Source of the DNA: Flavobacteriales bacterium
GTDB taxonomy: Bacteria; Bacteroidota; Bacteroidia; Flavobacteriales_F; PHOS-HE28
DNA length: 64,000 nucleotides
Direction: 5' to 3'
NCBI GenBank assembly: GCA_013360395.1
Contig: JABWBQ010000018.1
Span: 11,428 to 75,427, forward strand
In this document: positions 58,120-64,000 of the stretch, in pieces
Numbering within the stretch: position 1 is the first letter of the stretch
Layout of the letters: the number at the start of each line of letters is the position of its first letter
Made by a program: the position numbers and the translations under genes
The notes under the pieces: model-generated
Databases searched by the model: none
What the model was told of the DNA's origin: nothing
Seen by the model: the letters and a program-made list of their open reading frames with translations, nothing else

Positions 58120-60029
58120 ACCGCGCGCGCTCCCTTCCGCATCGCATCGCCGTGGCCTTCGGCGCAGGTCTGCCCTTGCTGTTCGCGGCCTGTGGCGTGC
58201 GGCCCGCGCAGGGGCCCGGTGCGCTGCAGGAGTTCACCGCGCTCACCAACTGGCCGGTGAACGATACCGGTGTGGCGGTGATCGCCATGGACTACACCGA
58301 TGCGCTCGACAGCGGATTCGTGGTCCCCAGCGCGCGCCAGGTGGCCGAAGGGCGCTTCACCTTCCGCTTCACGTTGCGCGACACCACGGGCACGGGCGCG
58401 CGGTTCCACTACAAGCTGTACTACCTCAACGACAGTTACAAGTTCGCGCACACCGCGCCGGACGGAAAACAGCATCCGCTGGCGCACGAGAACTTCTACG
58501 GCAGCTGGGAGGATGCCGGCGAGGGGTTCCGCCTGAGCCCTCCGGCCTCGAAGGAGGGCATCACGGTCACCGATGCCTTCCGCATCCGGGGCGATCCGCG
58601 CGACCAGCCCGAGCACCGCGATGACCGGGGCCGCCCGGCGCGCTGGTCACGCAACCCGCGCGTCGGCGAGTATGTGTTCATGCTCGTGGTGGTGCCCGAG
58701 GCGGACTTCGCCCGCACACCGCCGGCCGCCGAGGTGCAGGACATCCGCCGCACGGTGGAGGGGCGGCACATGGACCCCTTCTGGTACTGGATCAGCGGCC
58801 CGGGTGCGCGCATGAAGGGGGCCGAGGTGCGCGTCGCGTCACAGCGCCTGAAGGTGGAGGCCCGGCCCCCGCTGGGCGCAGGCATCCATGTGCGGCCCGA
58901 GCACGCGAAGGACCGCTCGGCCTTCTCGGCGGACTGCGGCGACGATCCGAAGCTCTCGGCCCAGGCGCCGTTCGAGCAGTTCATCCACTACGTGGACGCC
59001 AGCACGCGGTTCGCCAACATCCCGTTGATCGCCGATGTCCTGGGCAACGAATACACGCCGGCGGACCACGACCGCTACCGCTGCTTCTTCCCCACGGACC
59101 AGCTGGTGGGCCTGCGCCCCATGGTGGCGCGCACACCGTGCAGCACGGTGCGCAGCGATCCGGAGCGCAACGTGATCGAGCTGAGGAACCCCGCGAGCAC
59201 CGAGGGCGACTGGCGCAAGGAGAACGTGGGCATCCGTTCGCGGCACGGCCTGGCCTATGGCCGCTACCGGGTGAAGTGCAAGCTCACGCGGCTGCTGAAC
59301 GACTCGGACATGTGGGTGGGCCTCACCAACGCCATCTGGCTCATCTACGATGGGGCCCCCGGCGGACTGCGGCGCCCGTGCGCGAAGGACGGCTACATGG
59401 CCAACTACTATGGGGGCGACAACGACCAGCGCGTGCCCCGCGTCGCGTATTCGGAGATCGACTTCGAGATCCTCAAGACGCCTTCCTACTGTCCGGACCG
59501 CGCCTTTCCGCCCACCTATCCGCAGCAGCTGGCCCTGCCGGACGACCGCAACGCCTGGACCTACAGCACCAGCGACGACCGCACCGACGGCCCAGGCATG
59601 ATCACCGTGGCCTGCACCAACTGGGACATGGCCTGCCACGACCCCGAGGACTTCGACGTGGGCTGCCATGCGATCGAGAAGGACGGCCGCACCTATGTGA
59701 ACCATCGCTGGGACCACAACTACCGGGCGATCACCCAGAAGACCGAAGCGCCGGACCGCGAGCTCTTCGGGGGCGACCACTATTGGTTCGAGATCGACTG
59801 GCGGCCGCAGGAGATCTTCTGGCGCATCGGTCCCGACCTGGAGCACCTGCGCACCGTGGCCTATATGAACAACACGGTCACGGAAGTGAGCAACGTGCAG
59901 ATGCACCTGATCGTGACCCAGGAGTGGCACAACACGCGCTGGTGGCCGGGCACGCCGTTCGACCAGGGCTACATCCCCTTCCCCGCCAAGGACCTGGTGG
60001 GCGAGGTGCAGGAGGTGATCATTGATTGA
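58116..60029 (+). CDS. Lipoprotein with putative GH16-like (concanavalin-fold glycoside hydrolase) C-terminal domain
   Basis: Lipobox LLFAACG. ExDxE motif (SEIDFEIL) in a Trp-rich region resembles the GH16 catalytic strand. Assignment tentative. Confidence 0.45.
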   Translation: MNRARSLPHRIAVAFGAGLPLLFAACGVRPAQGPGALQEFTALTNWPVNDTGVAVIAMDYTDALDSGFVVPSARQVAEGRFTFRFTLRDTTGTGARFHYKLYYLNDSYKFAHTAPDGKQHPLAHENFYGSWEDAGEGFRLSPPASKEGITVTDAFRIRGDPRDQPEHRDDRGRPARWSRNPRVGEYVFMLVVVPEADFARTPPAAEVQDIRRTVEGRHMDPFWYWISGPGARMKGAEVRVASQRLKVEARPPLGAGIHVRPEHAKDRSAFSADCGDDPKLSAQAPFEQFIHYVDASTRFANIPLIADVLGNEYTPADHDRYRCFFPTDQLVGLRPMVARTPCSTVRSDPERNVIELRNPASTEGDWRKENVGIRSRHGLAYGRYRVKCKLTRLLNDSDMWVGLTNAIWLIYDGAPGGLRRPCAKDGYMANYYGGDNDQRVPRVAYSEIDFEILKTPSYCPDRAFPPTYPQQLALPDDRNAWTYSTSDDRTDGPGMITVACTNWDMACHDPEDFDVGCHAIEKDGRTYVNHRWDHNYRAITQKTEAPDRELFGGDHYWFEIDWRPQEIFWRIGPDLEHLRTVAYMNNTVTEVSNVQMHLIVTQEWHNTRWWPGTPFDQGYIPFPAKDLVGEVQEVIID

Positions 60030-61461
60030 GCTCCTTGGCTTGAGCTCCGGCGAACACCGGGAGCGCATGCAGTGAAGAAGGGTCAAGGTCGACCCCGAAT
60101 CGCTCTCGATCCAGCGGATAGTGCATATCCTGAAGCCAGAAGGGAAGCTGTTCCCATTGCGCTCCCACGGGAACGGGTTCGCTGGGAAGCAGCATGACCG
60201 GCGTTCCACCGTCCGAAGTGCTCAGCAGAACGGTCTCGAACGGCAGTCCCCAATCATCCATGAGCCCGTACATGCGCCGCGCGTCCTCGGTGATGTAGCG
60301 CACCCCACCTCCCGCTGCCCTGCCATCTTCCACCAACTGACGAAGGCGGGCCAGCCGGTCTTCGAACAACGTGGCGGCCATGGCGATGGTGCACAGTTTA
60401 ATGGCCAGCACGACCACCAACATGACCCTCCAGAGCCGCGCGATGCGCGCATCCTTTCCGATCCGCGCACCACCGCACACCCAGGGAAGCGCGACCAGGA
60501 GGCCGGCAGGCAGGATGCTCTTGTCCATCATGATCTCCTGTTGACCGTAGGGTGATGACAGGAAGACCACTCCCAGATAGACCGGGAACGCCATGAGTGC
60601 GGCGATAGCATGGAGGTGGCGACCCGAACGCAGCAGTGCAGCGACGCCCATAAGCAGGAGTGCGAGGGGCAGGATGTAAAGCTTGCCGGGAAGCAGCAAG
60701 CCATCCAGGAAGAAGCCCGTGGAACGGAGCTCTGCGATGCGGCCGGGTTCAGAAAGCCCGGTCCTCAGATTGGTGCTGAACTCCAACTCATATGCGCTCG
60801 GCGGGAACCATGTCCGATGCATCATGGCCCATAGCCCGGTGACCAGGACCGCTGCGACAGGTAGCTGCCAGGTGTGCCCCGGCAGGAGGAAGGCGAACAA
60901 GGCCATGAACAGGACGAAGGCGAACGCGGTGGGATGCACCATGAGGATGGGGATGAGCAGAACCAGGCTCAGGAACCAGGTCCATGGCTTATGACCCACG
61001 CCCTTGCTGAACGACCATTCCCAGAACGCGAGCAGCAGGAACGGATATGACAGCAGATAATGCGCCTCCAGCACCATGCCATAGAACGAAGTATGCATAC
61101 AAAGCAAGGTCGCCAATGGCATGGCGACGGCGACCGTACGGGAGCGAAGAACATGCACACAGAACATGTAGGTGACATAGGCCACGAGAACGTGGGTCAC
61201 GGAGGCGGCAACCAACAGCACGTTCATGCCCGCACCACAGGTATCCAGGAGTTTGACCAGGGCCTGCGGTAGAACGGCCGAATAGCGGTAGGCCTCGATC
61301 TTATATGCGGGGTCGTTGATCCAACTGAAGACCTGATACGCGGAATCCACATGGACTATCCGAATGTCCCAATGCCACCAGGAAAGCAGCAGGAGCAGGA
61401 TGAACGTCAAGTGACCCAGCAGTGTCAACGACCCATCAGCGTGCCAGCGATGCATGTTCAT
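60019..61461 (-). CDS. Polytopic membrane protein, GT-C fold (ArnT/PMT/DUF2029-like) putative glycosyltransferase
   Basis: ~11 TM helices. Start at MNMHRWH (61461) with ATGA overlap onto the upstream gene stop. Confidence 0.55.
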   Translation of the reverse strand: MNMHRWHADGSLTLLGHLTFILLLLLSWWHWDIRIVHVDSAYQVFSWINDPAYKIEAYRYSAVLPQALVKLLDTCGAGMNVLLVAASVTHVLVAYVTYMFCVHVLRSRTVAVAMPLATLLCMHTSFYGMVLEAHYLLSYPFLLLAFWEWSFSKGVGHKPWTWFLSLVLLIPILMVHPTAFAFVLFMALFAFLLPGHTWQLPVAAVLVTGLWAMMHRTWFPPSAYELEFSTNLRTGLSEPGRIAELRSTGFFLDGLLLPGKLYILPLALLLMGVAALLRSGRHLHAIAALMAFPVYLGVVFLSSPYGQQEIMMDKSILPAGLLVALPWVCGGARIGKDARIARLWRVMLVVVLAIKLCTIAMAATLFEDRLARLRQLVEDGRAAGGGVRYITEDARRMYGLMDDWGLPFETVLLSTSDGGTPVMLLPSEPVPVGAQWEQLPFWLQDMHYPLDRERFGVDLDPSSLHALPVFAGAQAKELNQ

Positions 61462-63320
61462 GAGCGCGCGTGCACGGTGATGAGCAGTTTCCTCAACTCC
61501 AGCCATCCACCGCCTGGGATCCACCAGTAGAGTTGATCCCTGACCCCCTCTTCGCGATGCGGTATGCGGAGGGTGGTGTGGAACGGGCCGTTCCCGAGGT
61601 CCACTTGGTGGTAGCGCAGCTTGTTCCCGTCCGCATCGGTCTCCGTGTAAACAAGGTGCGCCGAAGCCCCTTCCCCCAGCCCGACATCACCTTCGATGTG
61701 CATCTCCTTGAGCACCGCGTCATCCTTGGGCAGCAGATGGTCAAGAGCAAGCGGATACTCGCCCTGAAGGCAGCGCATGGGGGGACGCGAACAAGCATTG
61801 AGCGCATCCCGCATCAGGGGTGGAAGGACCTCCCAGCGGTCCAGGTCGATGAGCGTATCCACTTGGGTCCGCCAGCCCCTCGATCGGCGTTCGAACACAT
61901 ACACTTCGAAGGGTTGGCCACCGGCGTAGAAATGCTCCGGCTCCTGTCGGCTCCATCCGCGCAGCAAGGTGAACCCCGGTTCGAACAACAATCGTTCAAG
62001 CTCGACCCCCCCCTCATGAGGCCCCATTCGCGAATCCCAGCAGATCAGATCCCCTTCGGCCAGCCCCAGGTCCGTGCGCTTATGGTGCAAGCGCCAGAAG
62101 GTGGGGGTGCGGGTGCTGTCGAACGGATCGCGCTGCAAGGCGAACGCCAGATAGGGCTGGGCCAAGGCAATGCGACGCCTCTCCCGATCATCGGCCCGGA
62201 GGAATGCGGCCGCATCGTCCATGACCAGTTCCGGCACGGACCTCACAACAGGCAGGTCCACGCGGTGATAGGCTTCGACCGTGGTAAGAAGACCAAAGAG
62301 CAGAAGCACAAGGCCGCGGATGCGTAGCGACAGCGACCGGAGAACCGGCGCCGAACCGTCGACGGCCACCAGCACAAGGAAAGGCAGCACGGTGGCCATC
62401 ACACGCAGAAGGCCGAAGGACCCATTGGTGCCACGCCACCAGATCCACGAATGAATGAAGGTGATGGCGAACACGGGTGCCGCGGCAAGGCAGAGCGTGA
62501 AGAGGTTCCGGTGTCTCTTTTCCGACCGCCTTCCAAGGGAGATCGCCAGCGCGCACAGACCGATCGCCGCCAGGACCAGCAAGGGCGCCCCTGCGATGTC
62601 CCTGGCGTGCACGACATAATGCCAGAACGAGCCTCTCCCATAGAAGTCGATGGTATGCTGATAAGGGTGCTCCTTCAGCAACCAGAGCAGGTCCTGCTTT
62701 ACGAGGCCGCCGATCACGCTCATCATCACCGTGCCGAGGGCCAGCCAGGGTAGTGCACGCAAGGCGCCGCACCAGATGAACCAGAGCACGAGGAATGGCA
62801 GGAACCCCACCCACTCCGGTCGTGTGAACGGCAACAGGGAGGCCACCGCTGCGGCCGAACGCCAGCGTTCGGTCAGGATGAGCAAGAGCACCCAGGCCGT
62901 CAAGGCCCCGAACAGGACCTCGGTCATTCCGCCAACGGTCACCTCCAGGTACATCGGCGCAAGCATCAACAGGGGCACGGCCCAGGCCGTACCCGGCGAT
63001 CGCGCCTCCGTCATCCGCATCAACGGCCAGCATGTCGCTAGAAAAAGCAGCGCGTTCAACAGGGTCATGCCCCACGCACCGAGTTGGGCGAAAGGAATGC
63101 CCAGGAAGGTGAACAGGGGCTTGGCCCACAGGTCGAGAAGCAACCGGGGGTGTTCCGGCGCATAGCGGGCGAACAGATAGTGGAAGACGCCGTCACCGGT
63201 ATCCGGAGTACCAGGCAGGTACACACGGAGAAGTACGGCCCCGGTGGCCAAAAGACCGGCCAGGATCATCGGGCCGTATAGGGCACGCCGTGCGTGCATG
63301 CTATCGCGCTCAGAGGCCAT
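61458..63320 (-). CDS. Second GT-C-fold membrane glycosyltransferase-like protein (ArnT/PMT-like)
   Basis: Many TM helices and a periplasmic C-terminal domain. Start uncertain (63320 or 63299). Overlaps the GT2 stop. Confidence 0.55.
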   Translation of the reverse strand: MASERDSMHARRALYGPMILAGLLATGAVLLRVYLPGTPDTGDGVFHYLFARYAPEHPRLLLDLWAKPLFTFLGIPFAQLGAWGMTLLNALLFLATCWPLMRMTEARSPGTAWAVPLLMLAPMYLEVTVGGMTEVLFGALTAWVLLLILTERWRSAAAVASLLPFTRPEWVGFLPFLVLWFIWCGALRALPWLALGTVMMSVIGGLVKQDLLWLLKEHPYQHTIDFYGRGSFWHYVVHARDIAGAPLLVLAAIGLCALAISLGRRSEKRHRNLFTLCLAAAPVFAITFIHSWIWWRGTNGSFGLLRVMATVLPFLVLVAVDGSAPVLRSLSLRIRGLVLLLFGLLTTVEAYHRVDLPVVRSVPELVMDDAAAFLRADDRERRRIALAQPYLAFALQRDPFDSTRTPTFWRLHHKRTDLGLAEGDLICWDSRMGPHEGGVELERLLFEPGFTLLRGWSRQEPEHFYAGGQPFEVYVFERRSRGWRTQVDTLIDLDRWEVLPPLMRDALNACSRPPMRCLQGEYPLALDHLLPKDDAVLKEMHIEGDVGLGEGASAHLVYTETDADGNKLRYHQVDLGNGPFHTTLRIPHREEGVRDQLYWWIPGGGWLELRKLLITVHARS

Positions 63321-64000
63321 ACTTGATGATGCACCAGATGGCCCGGAAGCCGTCCTTCCAGCCGATCTTCTTGCCCTCGGCATACGTCCGGCCGTAGTAA
63401 CTGATGCCCACCTCGTAGATGCGGATGCCCTTCACCCGCGCCAGCTTGGCGGTCACCTCCGGTTCGAAACCGAAGCGCTGTTCCCGCAGGTCGAGCCCCT
63501 TGGCGATGTCGCTGCGGATCAGTTTGTAGCAGGTCTCCATGTCCGTCAGGTTCAGGTTGTTGAACGCGTTGGACAGGAAGGTGAGCACCTTGTTGCCGAT
63601 GCTGTGCCAGAAGAAGAGGATGCGATGCGGGTGGTGCCCCATGAAGCGCGATCCATAGACCACATCGGCGAAGCCCTCCACCACGGGGCGCAGCAGCAGG
63701 TTGTACTCGCGGGGGTCGTATTCCAGGTCGGCGTCCTGCACGATGAGGTGATCCCCGGTGGCCTCGCGGATGCCGCGGTGGATCGCGGCGCCCTTGCCCA
63801 TGTTGCGCGGCTGTTCGAAGAACCGGATGCCCAGGGAAGGGTGCTCGGCCATGTAGGCCTTCACCGCGTCAGCGGTCCCATCACGGCTGCCATCGTTCAC
63901 CACGATCACTTCTTTGGTGATGCCATGCTCCAACTCCACTCCACGCACCTTGTCAAGGATGCCGCGGATGGTGCGTTCCTCGTTGTAGGCGGGGATGATG
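63310..64000 (-). CDS. GT2 polyprenyl-phosphate sugar synthase (DPM1/GtrB-like); N-terminus runs past window end
   Basis: …[12 protein letters not shown]…DADLEYDP…. Reading frame stays open to 64000 ([22 protein letters not shown] upstream). Confidence 0.75.
   Translation of the reverse strand, partial: IIPAYNEERTIRGILDKVRGVELEHGITKEVIVVNDGSRDGTADAVKAYMAEHPSLGIRFFEQPRNMGKGAAIHRGIREATGDHLIVQDADLEYDPREYNLLLRPVVEGFADVVYGSRFMGHHPHRILFFWHSIGNKVLTFLSNAFNNLNLTDMETCYKLIRSDIAKGLDLREQRFGFEPEVTAKLARVKGIRIYEVGISYYGRTYAEGKKIGWKDGFRAIWCIIKYGL

Noticed and set aside
1-64000. Looked for CRISPR arrays, tRNA/rRNA genes, integrases or transposases
   Set aside because: No regularly spaced short repeats, no cloverleaf-like conserved tRNA boxes seen in intergenic regions, and no recombinase-like ORFs were detected by eye.

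Overview
This window is high-GC bacterial chromosomal DNA, probably from a Bacteroidota-like organism. The phylum guess rests on several T9SS C-terminal sorting domains, DUF4292/TPR neighbours, the yceD-rpmF-plsX-fabH-accB-accC gene order and the absence of Shine-Dalgarno-style spacing. Positions 1-10.5 kb form a defence island. It holds a truncated HepT (DUF86) toxin gene, a DUF45 metallopeptidase, and a complete type I R-M operon ordered half-hsdS, GIY-YIG, hsdM, dinD/RhuM, hsdS, then an AT-rich DUF3800 gene plus an unknown gene, then hsdR. The DUF3800/unknown pair is wedged between hsdS and hsdR in the position PrrC occupies in the E. coli prr locus. It is the best candidate for an undescribed defence module. 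The rest of the window is mostly core genes: a MarR-regulated TolC/MFP/RND efflux operon, fatty-acid/ACC genes, gatA, an unannotated tatA, dut, lysS, gpsA, lipB and pgi. Three type II TA pairs are interspersed: hicBA, parDE and a RelE/ParE-like pair. The hicBA pair sits inside an 812-bp insertion flanked by 91-bp near-perfect direct repeats that duplicate the flippase 3' end and the dut 5' end. Many long ORFs in the six-frame track are GC-rich shadow frames and are not reported. Gene starts were re-derived where the track's N-termini were clearly over-extended; the track counts TTG and GTG as start codons and shows them as M.
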